64,000 bases of DNA from the human T2T-CHM13v2.0 reference genome, Homo sapiens (GCF_009914755.1 NC_060932.1), one strand, 5' to 3'; shown: positions 1-20,316, counted from the first letter of the stretch. Made by a program: numbers and translations. Notes: generated by a model not told the origin, from the sequence alone.

Positions 1-2
1 AG

Positions 3-353
<351 letters not shown>

Positions 354-433
354 CTACCGCAATCAACAGTGGTTATTCAACTTTCAAACTAAGACTCAGT
401 GCCACCTTGCAACCCACACTTTGAAAACCAATG

Positions 434-592
434 CCTAGCTACTCCAAGTATGGTCCACAGACCACCAGCCCTGGCATCACCTGGGAACTTAGGAAAAATG
501 CAAGTCTGAGCCCTTCCCAGACAGACTGAATTGGAACTTAAAATATAACGAGATCCCTGGGTGGCATGTATGCACTTAAACGCTGAGAAGCC
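434..592. mobile_element. MER5-type hAT-Charlie DNA transposon fossil
   Basis: GTATGGTCCACAGACCACCAGC...GGCATCACCTGGGAACTT...AGATCCCTGGGTGGCATGTATGCAC resembles MER5A/B. Confidence 0.6.
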
Positions 593-1152
593 TTCATATA
601 GTGCCTGCACACACTCTATTTTGAGGTAGTTTCTCCAATTCAAATACATATCCTAGAACGGTTAAAGGGAGCTTTCATCTCTTCTGCTTGCTGTGATCCC
701 AAACCAAAGGTAAACATGTGCTGGCAAGCTACCCCAGGTGGCGATGAAAAATGGCCCTAACCTTTCCTCCACACCCATCCTCAGTCCCACTCCTTCATCT
801 TTACCGCCCCTCTTGTACAGAGCCTAAACCACAGCTCAACTTACTGACTTATCTGAACCCTTCCTCCTCCTAGAGTAATAGACAATAAGGGAATGACTCC
901 ACTCAACATCCCCCGAGTTCCTTGAAATGTGCCCAGGAACTACCAAGCATGAATCTAGTGCACGGTTAAATTGGCAGAAAGGGACAGCTGGGACTACTTC
1001 AGGCATGTCCTCTGACCCTAACAACTGTGGACACATAATCAAAAGATTGGTACTCTGTGAGCTAGAATGAGAGATCCCAACACAACTGTAATAACATTAT
1101 ATTACCAGTTAATAGGAAATACTGTGCAAATGGACAGAATATCCTGACATAG

Positions 1153-1472
<320 letters not shown>

Positions 1473-2126
1473 TCATGACATTTTTAAAAATCTATGGTTT
1501 CAGCTACCTCTCTTGATACTAGAAATCAAATTTAAGATGCTTCAAACCAATCTCCACACGGTTCTCATCAACATCCAGGCTTTTGCCCATGTTTTTCTTC
1601 TCCCTAGAACCTTTTCCCCCATCCTTCCCCTCTCCACTTGGCTAATTCCTCTCCCCACCTGGCTAATTCCCATTGTTCCCTCAAGAGTGGGTGCTGTGAC
1701 ACCCCCGCCAGAACCCCACAGTGCCCTGCAACTTTGCACAGCACTATGACTGCCTAAGGGCAGGGATGGCAGGGCAAGTGCAATGGGAGACACTGGGTCT
1801 AAGACACAGATCAACATATAATAAATGCTTTCACAAAATTTCTCAGTTAAAACTGACATATTTGTAAGTTAAAATATCAATACTTAATAGTTATCTACTC
1901 AGTGTGCCACAGATTCACATTTCACCACCTAAATCAGTCTAAGAATCTACACTGTACCTTAGGGATAGATTTCACAGTAAGTCTATTAAAGGAACTCAAT
2001 CATCTGTCTAGCTATATAGATTCCAAAAAATTCAAACTTTAAACAGCAAGGATACCCATATTAGTGGTTTTCAAATGCAGATCCACGTACCAGTGCAAGT
2101 CCCTGATGAGGTTTTGATAGTCAAGC

Positions 2127-2332
2127 CATATCTATCCACTAGAACTTTCTGCAATGATGAAAATGTTCTATACCAGCGCTGCCCAATGTAGTAGCCACTA
2201 GCCACATGTGGCTAATGAGCACTTGAAATGGGACTAGTGTAACTGAGGAATGGGCCTTTCAACTTCGCTTAACTGTAATTAATTTCAATTTAATTGGCCA
2301 CATGTGGCTAGCAGTTACCATATCAAACATCA
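2127..2332 (+). mobile_element. MER3 (hAT-Charlie)
   Basis: TAGAACTTTCTGCAATGATG...GTAGCCACTAGCCACATGTGGCTA...GCACTTGAAATG matches the MER3 consensus. Confidence 0.8.
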
Positions 2333-3227
2333 GGTTCAGGTCTAGACTCTGGAGTGAAATAAAAAAGAACGTGTTTTGGCTTCTTAATTTCAAGCAATGT
2401 TATTTGGTCCAACCCTCCTTCTGAAAAAGACTAAAAGAAAATATGGACAGAATATTTTTATAATCTTAAAAGCAACCACAACCTGACAAGACAAGAAATA
2501 AATAACAGGCAAAAATTGAAGTGAAACCAGGAAGTCAAAGAGATAAGCACAGAAACTACCTCTGCCCTCAGTGCACTTGCCAATTCTGAAAAGTCTCAAC
2601 TTTCATTTTTAAGACAGTGCAGAGAGGGGGAGACAGGAATAAAAGACTGGGTCCTCCAAAACATATAACCCAAAACCCCACTACAGTAAGCAAGAACCCA
2701 AAAGGCTACACACCTCCAGAGAGTAAACCAGTAATGAACCAACTATCCAGCAGAACTAGAGCTATGAGGGGTCCAAACAATCTCAAGCCTTGAATTCGGT
2801 TTAAGGAGATCCCACACTGGCTGACGCAAAAGTAAGTGTTCTCTGGAGGAAGCGACCCTCATTCCAGGCCTCAAAAGAATCCTACAAATCATTTGGATCC
2901 AAATCTTATACCATAAATGAAAATTAAATCATAAACCTAAAAGTAAAATCTAAAACTTCTAGGAGAAAAAAATCAGAAAAACCTTTGTGGCCTAGGATTT
3001 GGCAACTCTTAAATATGACACATACACAAAAACACAACCCGTAAAGCAACAAACTCATAAATGGGACATCATCAAAACGTATAATTTATGCTCTTCAAGC
3101 CACTGTTAAGAAAATGAAAAAGCCAGCCATAACCTGGGAGAAAAATATAGTATGTATCTGATAAACAATTTATATCCAGAACATATAGAGAACTCTCAAA
3201 ACCCAAAAAAATGGAGGAAAAAAACAC

Positions 3228-3527
3228 CTTTTTTTAAAATTTTCTAAGACAGAGTCTCATTCTGTCTCCCAGGCTGGAGTGCAGTGACACAATCTCGGCT
3301 GACTGCAACCTCTGCCGCCCAGGTTCAAGCAATTCTCCCGTCTCAGCCTCCTGAGTAGCTGGAATTACAAGCGTCCGCCACCATGCCCAGCTAATTTTTG
3401 TATTTTTAGTAGAGATGGGTTTTCGTCATGTTGGCCAGGCTGGTCTCCAACTCTTGACCTTAAGTGATCCACCTGCCTCGGCCTCCCAAAGTGCTGGGAT
3501 TATAGGCATGAGCCACGGTGCCCAGCT
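3228..3527 (-). mobile_element. AluS
   Basis: Full reverse-complement Alu. Confidence 0.9.
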
Positions 3528-3807
3528 AACAACTTTAAAATGCATAAAAGATTTAAACACAGAGATATGCGGATGGCAAATAACCATATAAGAAGATGCT
3601 CAACACTATCAGTCATTTGGGAAACGCAAATTAAAACCACAATGAAATTCCATTACACACTGAATTAAAATGGCTAAAATGTACAAGACTGACAATAACG
3701 AGTGTTGCCCTAATGATGCAGAGCAACCAGAACTCTCATCCACTGCTGGTGGGAATGCAAAATGGTACAAATCTAGAAGATAGTTTGGCACTTTAAGAAT
3801 TTCAACA

Positions 3808-4111
<304 letters not shown>

Positions 4112-4495
4112 TTAAACATACACCTACCATATGATTCAGCCATTCCAGTCCTAGTCCAACCATTCCCAAGAGATATGAAAGTCTACACCCATACAAAGCC
4201 TTGTACAAAAATATTCAGAGATCTATAATAATCCAGTTCTCCACGAATAGATGTAGACCTTCAATGTAATCCCAAACAACATCTGGAAGAATTATTTTAG
4301 AAGTTGACAAGTAATTCTAAAACATATATTGATCTGCAAAAGGTCAAGAACAGCCAAGGTACTCTTGAAGAAGAGACAAGTAGGAAGGGTTCCACAATGA
4401 GATAAGACTTATTATAAAGCTATAATAACTTAGACAGCTTAGTGCTTGTGGAATCAAAGAATCTAAAAACACAGAGTCTACAAGACACCCACATG

Positions 4496-4924
<429 letters not shown>

Positions 4925-5141
4925 TTAATCCCTTCCTTATACTATACACCAAAATCTATTCCAAGTGAATTATACAGTTAAAGATAAAATGCAAAATTAT
5001 TAAACATTTAGAAAATAACAGAGGAATTACTTCACAGCCTCAGGGTGGGGAAGACAAAAAAAAGGAGGAACTATAAAGGAAAAGACTGATAAACTGGACT
5101 ACATTAAACTTAACTTCTGTTTATCCAAAAAACACTTTTGA

Positions 5142-5474
<333 letters not shown>

Positions 5475-5675
5475 TCAGTGAAACCGCATGCCACAAAGCA
5501 GGAGACACTGGCAAGATATATAAACCAACAAAGGACTTGGATTCTGAATATATACAGAAGCTACAAATTAATGAATTTAAAAAAAAAAAAAGAAGACCTA
5601 ATAGAAAAATACAGGCACTTGGCAAAACAGTAAATGCAAACGGCCAGCAAATTTATTTTAAAAAGTGCAACCTCG

Positions 5676-5974
5676 GCTGGGCACGGTGGCTCACACCTGT
5701 AATCCCAGCACTTTGGGAGGCCGAGGCGGGCGGATCACCTAAGGAGAGGAATTCGGGACCAACCTGACCAACATACAGAAACCTCATCTCTACTAAAAAT
5801 ACAAAATTAGCCGGGTGTGATGGTGCATGCCTGTAATCCCAGCTACTCAGGAGGTTGAGGCAGGAGAATCGCTTGAACCCAGGAGGCGGAGGTTGCGGTG
5901 AGCCGAGGTTGCACCAGTGCACTCCAGTCTGGGCAACAAGAGCAAAACTCTTTGTCTCAAAAAAAAAAAAAAAA
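5676..5974 (+). mobile_element. AluSp-like
   Basis: CCTGACCAACAT..AGAAA and CAACAAGAGCAAAACTC motifs. Confidence 0.85.
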
Positions 5975-6281
5975 GAGCAACCTCATTATAATCAGAAAAA
6001 GAGTATTTAAAACCACAAGGCGGTACACTATATAAACCATCAAAAGGGGTGCAGAGGGGAGACAGGTTATAAGAGCAGAGAAGAGGAAACAGTGCTGAAG
6101 TAACCAGAGAAAATGGTCAATGATTGGAGCCTAACCTTTTAGTGACAAGTAACAGAAGAATCACTTATTTACTAACATTTCCTGAAAAGCTACTACAGGC
6201 CAAGCACTCTTAAAAGTACATTTAATGGTCATCGCAGAATATAACTGACTATAAGTTATAACTTTAACTCTCCTTGACCAA

Positions 6282-6681
<400 letters not shown>

Positions 6682-7710
6682 TGAAAGATCACAGTAGGAA
6701 ATTCATGTGGAAACATCCTTCTCATTGTTTTTAGATTACATTATTTTAATTTTGTTTATCCCTACTCTTCTTCTCTATCTTGTTAACTTTCATATACTTA
6801 AATACCCTTTACAACAAAGACTATACAATAAAGTCATTTTAGTCTTTCTAATTGCCTCCCTTCAGATATTTGATCTTTCCTGAAACTCTTTACGGGGCTT
6901 TCACATATCTATATTCCTCAATTATCAACATGCTGAAAACCCAGAGAATGGACGGGAGACTCTTTTTCACTCCTTACATTATTTACTGACCACCTATAAT
7001 GATATTATGATCAAGCTGTGGGGGACTCAAAGATACCTAACAGATAATACAGAATCCTCATCTCTGAGCTCACAACATTCTGTCTGCCAAGTTATGCGTC
7101 TAATTCTGCATAAGATATAACAGATTTAAGCGACATCACCAACTTCATCCTTGTGGACTGTCTAATTTTTATTTACCCTTTTCTTAGGAGAAAAGAGCAA
7201 AAGGCAAAAGAATGTATTGAATTTAGGCAATAATTCAACACCAGGAATAAAAATCAATTCACACAATACAGCTTCATTAGTTACCCCAAGACTTGGCAAT
7301 CACCCTGACCCTGTTATTATATGCTAGCCAATTTTTCAGCACCAAAACAAAACCACCAGGGAGCTTGTGCCTTAAGCACCAACATGTACACACACTCTCC
7401 TGATATTTGCCAAAAGCCACAAGTCCAGGAGCCATACAAACTGCTATTTCAATGTAAAATTGTTCATTCAAATTCCAAACCAAGATTAAAAATAATTAAT
7501 CAGTATTAGCATAAAACATTCAAAATCCCTAACAAAAGCAGTTTTGAGATCTTTCCAAGATTTTGAAAATCCTAAAAAACATATTTAGATTCCTGAAGTG
7601 AGGGCAATCTCCTTAGCAAATCTAAGTGGTCAAGAAGACAACATACACATACCTCAAATTAAGACTAATTTTTGCCTCCTATGACTTGCATTTCTTTCAA
7701 AACACCCTAA

Positions 7711-8680
<970 letters not shown>

Positions 8681-9290
8681 TTACTGGAACGTGTGCGTGA
8701 ACAGTGTGAATGAGTTACCCCCTCACACTATAGCAAGACTATGGTGGAATTCACTGAGAGGCAAACTGCAAAATCTCAGGGAGAGATTCTGTACCCAAAT
8801 GTTGACTTCCATTACCTGAGTGAATGTATTTTGAACTGTCACTTTCAAAATGTTTTATCTGAACAGCAGCACAGCAGCAAAAGACTCTGAACAAGGTCAA
8901 GGATGAGCGGCACAGTGCATAACTCACACTTCAACATTAAGAAGACGTTTGTTCTTTTAAATGGTTTAGGGGCATAATGTTAAACCTTTGTAAAGCATCC
9001 AATTAATCCAGTTGATTAGCAAAAGGTACATTAGAGCTTCTGGATCAGTAATAAAAACTTCCATCATTTTGTGTCACCTCAAACAATTTTCCATGTCTTC
9101 AGAAGTTAGGATGAGTCCCAATCAATTCCTACAAGATTGATTTCTAGAAAAAAAGTTCCAAAATTATGAAAGAGCAGAGCAATATTTTTTTCCTGGCCCA
9201 AGTCTGATAGTAGTAATTTTAAATACAGTAGACAAAGGTGAAAAAGATAACTCCAAGTTCTTCCCTGGTATCAAGCCCTATGTGAGTCTG

Positions 9291-9362
9291 AGCTCAGATG
9301 ATCCGCTGGCCTCTGCCTCCCAAAGTGCTGGAATTACAGGCATGCGCCACCGTGCCTGGCCC
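9291..9362 (-). mobile_element. Alu 5' remnant (~70 bp)
   Basis: GCCTCCCAAAGTGCTGGAATTACAGGCATGCGCCACCGTGCCTGGCC flanked by CCCTATGTGA direct repeats. Confidence 0.8.
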
Positions 9363-9767
9363 CTATGTGATTTTTAAGTGACGTTCTTTACCAGGGCAAA
9401 CAAAACAGTAAACACCTGGCTGATGCAAGTAACAGTTCTCCAATAATCAATACACCTGGGTTCTTTCATTTACTCATTCAATAAATATTACTGTGTAAGA
9501 CACTGGTGATTCAATAATGTATAAAACAAAGTTTATGCCCTCGTGGAGCTTACATTCTCACAAGACAACACACATTTTACTACAAAATATGTAACACATA
9601 AAACTGTTAAGCTCTTTCATTGGACCAACAAAGACAAACATATAGTGTTTTGGTCAAGAGAGACACAGACACAACAAGCACCTACAGTTCACAGCAGAAT
9701 CCAAACCCAAAATGCAGGAATTTTAATAAGAATATGAGGGCAAAAAAGAGACCCTAGGCACAGATAA

Positions 9768-10127
<360 letters not shown>

Positions 10128-10392
10128 TAGTAAAGAAAATGTATATCAGTAAGATTCGGGTAGGATTTCAATTAAATAAAATTTAATTAAACATTGTAAG
10201 GAAATACTTTCATGTTCTTAAAAACATGTAAACTTTGTAGTGATGCTACTAGTGTCTCTCTGAGGCTTCCAACTGCTAAGGGGGAGGACAGTGCCACTAA
10301 GGCAAAAACAACTATTTCCTGCTTTTGTCTACAAACCATTTCATTAGAGTATTTATGCAAATCAAGCTACAATTAACAGCATTTACTAAAAA

Positions 10393-14130
<3,738 letters not shown>

Positions 14131-14585
14131 TACTACAGGAACTAAACTTCTCAGATGTTTTTCACCAGCAAAAAAGAAAAATTCACTTCAAATATGATAC
14201 AAACAGTATAACTTTTAATGTTACTGAAATTTAAAACAAGAATTGATCTAGGTCTAAATCTACATCAGTTTAGAATGCCTAAACTGAAAATGTTAAATTT
14301 CAAAACTGAAACTTTATAAACACTTTGAAATGCATCTTTTGTAACTCAAGATAATTTTAATTATTTTCTAAAAATTAAGACATCATAAAATACAAGGGGA
14401 AAAAGGTTTCCATAACCTTTAGAGATATGAACTAAGATCCTACCTCTCTAACTCAAATCAACATTCAGGAAAGGACAGTTTTCAAAATTATTTTTTACAT
14501 TATAGAATACAATATAAATAATTTCATCTACAGGACCTAATCTTTTTTTTTTAAAGAGGCTACCTTTAAAACAACAGGATCTTCA

Positions 14586-14989
<404 letters not shown>

Positions 14990-16133
14990 TCAAGAAGCAT
15001 GGTGCTTTTCAGAAAACATTTTAGTATAAAACGTTTTAATGATCCTCACTGCCTCCTCACAATTTCACTGCTGGATTCATGGAACTTCACTCCTAATCTA
15101 ACATTATTCACTTTCAATGGGCTTCCAGCCTCAAATAATAAGGCTTTTTAAGTCCCATCTCCTCTCAGAGTTTGCCCCAGTATTCTTTGCCCCAAACCGT
15201 AAACATGGAGTTTTGATTTCCATGTCTTTATTTAACCAATGACTTGCTTCTTGATGCATCACCACTGAATGATGTATGGGTCCTTCTAATCAGCGTCTAC
15301 ACTGAAGTCTTAGGTGATTGTCGGCTCCCTTATAAAGGAAGCATGTGTTTTAAATAATCTGTGCCTGTGTTCATTATTAAACTAGATTATTTGATAGTGA
15401 CCTGAAATTCTTTAAAGGAAAACCTTGTAATATTGATCTTGTTGTTTCTGCAGTTTAATAAACAAGAAGGTTCAAAATGATGGTAGGTTCAGCCTGTTTT
15501 TCCCCACCAAGGATAACCACAAATACAAAACACAAAGATATCGGGACACAAACATCCTTAAAATGTTCCTTGTTTGAATATCATAGGGCTTTTCTAATTA
15601 ATTGGCTAGTATAACTGGATGAAAATATTATCTATACTGTACCCCAACAAAAATACGTTGAATGCTAGTTTACTTTTATGTGTCTTGTAACTAGTTCATC
15701 CGTGTGCTTGCATCGCACTGCTCATAAGTTTTCAAATATGGGACGGAGTGCTCAACTCTCGAAGACATCATTTTCATTACCCGTTTCCCAAATAAAATAT
15801 TAAGGTTGAGGCTCTGGTATTTCATTTCAAATAGTACTGGTCTGTTTTTCCAGCCATGAAAACGTTTACATTCTAAGTAAAAATCCTAGCGATGGTTAAG
15901 TCTTAAATACAAATCCCCAAACTCTTGCACTGCCTTCAGCTTTCAGCTTGAATGTATAACCAGTTCCCATAATTACTACAATATTACTATTATCTTAGTC
16001 TCATTGCCAAAAACCCAGCTGCAGGCTAACTATGCAAGAATGAGACACTGTTGAAATGACTCGGAAAAAAAAAAAAAAAGAAACTTTACCCTCACTGAAT
16101 TTAGCTACAAAATTCTGCAATTAAATGAAACCA

Positions 16134-16136
<3 letters not shown>

Positions 16137-16198
<62 letters not shown>
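16137..16198. repeat. (CA)31 microsatellite
   Basis: Perfect CA run read directly. Confidence 0.97.
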
Positions 16199-16201
<3 letters not shown>

Positions 16202-17195
16202 TCTTCTAAGAAAGAACAGGATGCCGCTACACAAGGAACCCAGAGAGAAATTCGGCAAACAGTTGCGCCTAAGCCACCGCGGCAGAGTCGGGGGCTGGGG
16301 GCGGGGAAGAGGAGAAAACTTGGGAAGCACAATGACTCCAGTGAGGACTTCAGTGAGGGCTCCAGGGCTCCCGCCAAGAAGCCCACGGGGCTCTACCAAA
16401 CTTGAGGGTTTGCGTTCGGGGACACGGCGGGCTTGGGGCTCGGGCACCGGCAGGCCGCTCGGAGCCCACCCTTGGCTGCCCGCGAGGCCGCGCCCGGGGG
16501 ACGGAGGTCGGGCCGTCGCGAGCCTCCCTCTCGCGTCCGGGCGAACCCTGCCGACGTCCCTGCGATTTCCCTCTTCCTCCTCCTGCCTCTCCCCTTTTGT
16601 TTTTCAGGCATTGGGTCCGCTCCGGCGGAGGCCGGCCCGTCCTCCCCGCGCCTCTGTCCGCCCTGCGCGCCCCCAGAGCCCCGGCCTCCTCGTCTTCCTC
16701 AGGCCCCTCGGCCTCTCCGCGCGCCCGGCCTTTTCGAAAGCCGCCCCCCCCTTCCTCCTCACGTCTCCCGGACTCCCCACGTCCCCCAGCCTTTCTGTCT
16801 TCCCCGAACCCCTTGGCCTCCCCGCGCGCCCCCAAAACCCCCGACCTCCTCGAGCTCCCGGCCTCCCCACGTCCCTCAGCCTCCCAGTCTTCCCCAAGCC
16901 TCCCGACCACCCAGCGCCCCGAACCCCCGCCTCCCAGCGCGCCCCCTGACCTCCTTAAGCCTCTCGGCCTCCGCGAGGGCCCCCAACCTCCTCACGGCCA
17001 CCGGCCTCCCCTCCTCCCAGAACCCGGGCCGGGGGCGCGGGAGGGGCCGGTCTCCGCCGCATCCGCCCCGGGACTGGTTGGGCGGCCCCGCTCTGCCCCT
17101 CCGCCCTCAGGGCCGCGGCCCAGCCCACGACCGCTGCACAGAAGGAGCCCGCCCAGCCCCCGACCCGCGCCCCGCGCCCGGCGCCCCGCACTCAC

Positions 17196-17384
17196 TCGGA
17201 CCGCGGCTCGGCGCCGTGAAGCGAAGGCAGACGACGACGGGGCGGCGCTGGGCGACAGCAGCCGGGCTTCCTCCCACGCCTCACGCCGCGGGCTCACAGT
17301 GGTCCGGGACCGGCGGCGGCGGCGGCGGCGCGGGCTCGCGCCCTCGAGGCCGTGCTGCGTCGGCGCGGGCCCGCGCGCGTGCGC
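17196..17384 (-). other. PTK2: PTK2 non-coding exon 1 (5' UTR); TSS approximate
   Basis: Donor CCGA|GTGAGT (GT at 17195-17194); no ATG on the minus strand; sequence recognised as the FAK 5' UTR. Confidence 0.88.
17311..17330. repeat. (CGG)6 triplet run in the 5' UTR
   Basis: CGGCGGCGGCGGCGGCGGCG read directly. Confidence 0.9.
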
Positions 17385-17467
17385 GGCAGCCGGCTGAGGC
17401 GCGCGCCCTCTCTCGGCAGCGCACGCCCGACCCGGTCTCAGTCCGGAGTTCCCGCCTCTCGGGGGGA

Positions 17468-17500
17468 CTGGGCATGCGCGCCGCCCCCGCGCATGCCCAG
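17468..17500. promoter_or_regulatory. Palindromic proximal promoter element: two NRF1-like / p53 half-site-like GCATGC motifs around a GC box
   Basis: CTGGGCATGCGCG-CCGCCCC-CGCGCATGCCCAG, a perfect 13-bp inverted repeat. Confidence 0.6.
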
Positions 17501-17697
17501 CGCGCCGCTAGGCTCTGCTCGCGTAATTTGTCCTGTAGTGACCGCGCCGGGGTTTCGGGGTGGCCCGAGGCTGCGCGCGGGCGTGGCGGCCGGACGAGGA
17601 AAGCCCTGGTCTCGGGGGTGGCCGGGGTCGCCCCGCCGAGCGGACATCCTGGGGTCCCACCTGCCTCGCTCTCCGCCAGCGGGATTAGACGGACTTC

Positions 17698-17708
17698 GGG
17701 AAAGTCCT
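17698..17708 (-). promoter_or_regulatory. Candidate NF-kB site
   Basis: Minus strand AGGACTTTCCC, one mismatch to GGGACTTTCC; the FAK promoter is reported to respond to NF-kB. Confidence 0.4.
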
Positions 17709-18709
17709 CCCCATCTCCTTCCCTGCCCCCAAATCCCGAAGGGGTCCCCTCTGGAGAACCTCCCTCCTGAGCGGCCCTGCGGCCCCGCCCCCAGAGTTGG
17801 ACGCCCGCTGTCGGGCACCCGCTGCGGGCCCCGGGCCTTGCAGTGCACTCTCCAGGCACCACACCGACCCTAACGAGCGGTTCCTGGGCCCTTTTTGCAG
17901 ACAAGGAAACTGAGGCTCAGAGATTCTTTTCATGGCATTATAGCTAAGTTGGGCTGGGCCATTATTTGATTTTGGAAGATGAAAAATCATGAAAGGGACT
18001 TAGAAGTCCACTGGAGGTAGACAGGTTACCTAAATGAACGCCAGCAGGGAACGAGCCCTGCAATCCCTCCCGAGGGCTACAGACCTGAGACGGGCTCCAG
18101 GAAAAGGAGGGAAGGCTCGCCCCGACACCGACCCGGGCTTCCGCGGTGTGAGCCAGTTTCAGCGAGGAGCTAGTTGGTTATGACCGGAACGTGCCGTAGG
18201 TGGGGTGGGGGAAATAGCAAAAGGCGAGGTTGGAGGGATTGAAAAATGCAGACGGCTGCGTGGGGCTTGCTTAGGTGCCTGGAGTTTATTCTTTAGGCAA
18301 CAGGGAACCTTTGGAGGGCTTTAAGCAGGAAGTGATAACTGATTTGTGTTATTTAAAAAAAAAAAAAGTCACTCTGGCAACCTTGTGGTCGGAAATGAAA
18401 CCAGAAGAACCCTCAAGGCTGCAACTTTCATTTTTATGGTGTCATTTTGATGCTAACCACAAGCCAGGAAGCAGGACAGACAGGCACCGAGGCCTTTTGA
18501 AAGGTGAACACCCTGAAGCCCAGAGAGGTGACACACGTCATTGCATTAGGAGCTTTTATAAAAGTAAAAATGAAGTAAAATAAAAAGCTTTTGCTTATCA
18601 AGATTTTACCATATTTAAATGTTTGGGTTGTATTGTTCTTTAATGAGATGTATTAAGGTTGGTGTTTTTCTGGGTTTTGTTACTTTTTACTACATATGAA
18701 ATTGTAAGG

Positions 18710-19065
18710 AATTGCCTCTCCATGCCAGCCTCAGGCCTTTGCGCGTGCTATTTGCTCTGCCTGGAACTTCTTGCTCCTCACTTCGTTCAATACCCTGCTT
18801 ATATATCACCTCATTGATACAGCCGACCACTCCATATAATAGGAACCACCCACTGCCCTGCTATCCTCACACACAGTCCGCACTTAGTCTGCTCTGTTGT
18901 TCTCCAAAGCACCTATTGTTCACCATAGCTCAACACTGTGTTCTTGTTTATTTCTTGATTGTCCGCTCTCTCCACTAGAATCTTAGATTCATTAGAGCAC
19001 GGGCTTTGTTTTGTTCACTAATAGGTCCTGGCACACAGTAAGTATTTGTCAAGTGAATGAACGAA
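18710..19065 (+). mobile_element. L2 3' end
   Basis: CCTCAGGCCTTTGC..TGCTATTTGCTCTGCCTGGAAC...CCTGGCACACAGTAAGTATTTGT..GTGAATGAA. Confidence 0.7.
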
Positions 19066-19194
19066 GCTTTGGGTGATGTGAAGTGAGAGCTTATTATTAA
19101 AAGGATAAGAAAAGCATGGGAATTAAAAGAGGAGAGTGGAGGCACAAAGGGACTGCATTAAGGATAACTTTGGGGGAAGGGGCTGCACTTAGCA

Positions 19195-19650
19195 TAGTAG
19201 ACTAAAAATGGCCATCAATTCTTTGACACTTTTCCCAAGAAGAGGTGGAATTTATTCACCCCTTGAATGTGGATGGGATCTTGTAACTTGCTTTGACCAA
19301 TGGGATGTGTCACAAGTGACATTGTACAAATTCCAAGCCTAGGCCTCAAGAGGCCATGCTGCTTTCATTTTCCCCCCTTAAGCCCAAGCTAGCCTCACGA
19401 GGAGGCCGTGTGGAAGAGAACTGAGGCACCCTGGCCAACAAGATGCCACCTCCAGACATGTGAGTGAGCTGTACTAGACCACCCAGCCCCTGTGAAGCAT
19501 TCAGCCCACTGCAGCTACATAAGACCTGGAGAGACTGATGGAAGAACTGCCCAGCTGAATCCAACCCAAATTGCCAAACCACAGAATTGTGAGCCAATAA
19601 AATACATGTGGTTTTAAGCCTTTAGGTTTTAGGGTAGTGTGTTACACAAT
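19195..19650 (+). mobile_element. MLT1 (ERVL-MaLR) solo LTR, MLT1F/G-like
   Basis: TTGCTTTGACCAAT, CCAAGCCTAGGCCTCAAGAGGCC, CAGAATTGTGAG..AATAAA..TTTAAGCC. Confidence 0.7.
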
Positions 19651-20024
19651 ATTGTTTCCTGGACTCTGCCACGATACATTTGAAATTGACGTTCTTGAAG
19701 GGCAGCTTTGGTTATTATTATGCTTAGTAAAAGAAGAAATCAGAAAACGGCGGGAAGAAGTGATGCAAAGGAGAAGGGCAAACAGAGATACAAACGGGAA
19801 AAGGGACAAACCTAGGAAACAGTGGCTTGTCTTACCTCTTGGGCACACTTTGTGGTGCCTGAGAACTCAGGTTTAGGAGTAAGATGAACATTGGCACAGA
19901 CCCAGGCTTAAGTTTAACCATTCACCAATAAACCTGTGAAGGTTGTATAATGTCTCTGAGCCTCAATTTCTCATCTGTGAAATGGAGGCTCTAAAGGATG
20001 TACATTAGAATTAGGCTGTAGAGA

Positions 20025-20316
<292 letters not shown>

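Larger units (their letters stand above)
16255..18200. promoter_or_regulatory. PTK2: CpG island / TATA-less promoter of PTK2
   Basis: Very high GC and CpG density, multiple GC boxes (CCGCCC), spans exon 1. Confidence 0.93.

Noticed and set aside
16105-17990. Long overlapping ORFs (274, 331, 445, 207 aa and others) on both strands
   Set aside because: Stop-codon scarcity in a very GC-rich CpG island; Pro/Arg/Ala/Gly low-complexity translations in several frames, no recognisable domain; exon 1 is non-coding
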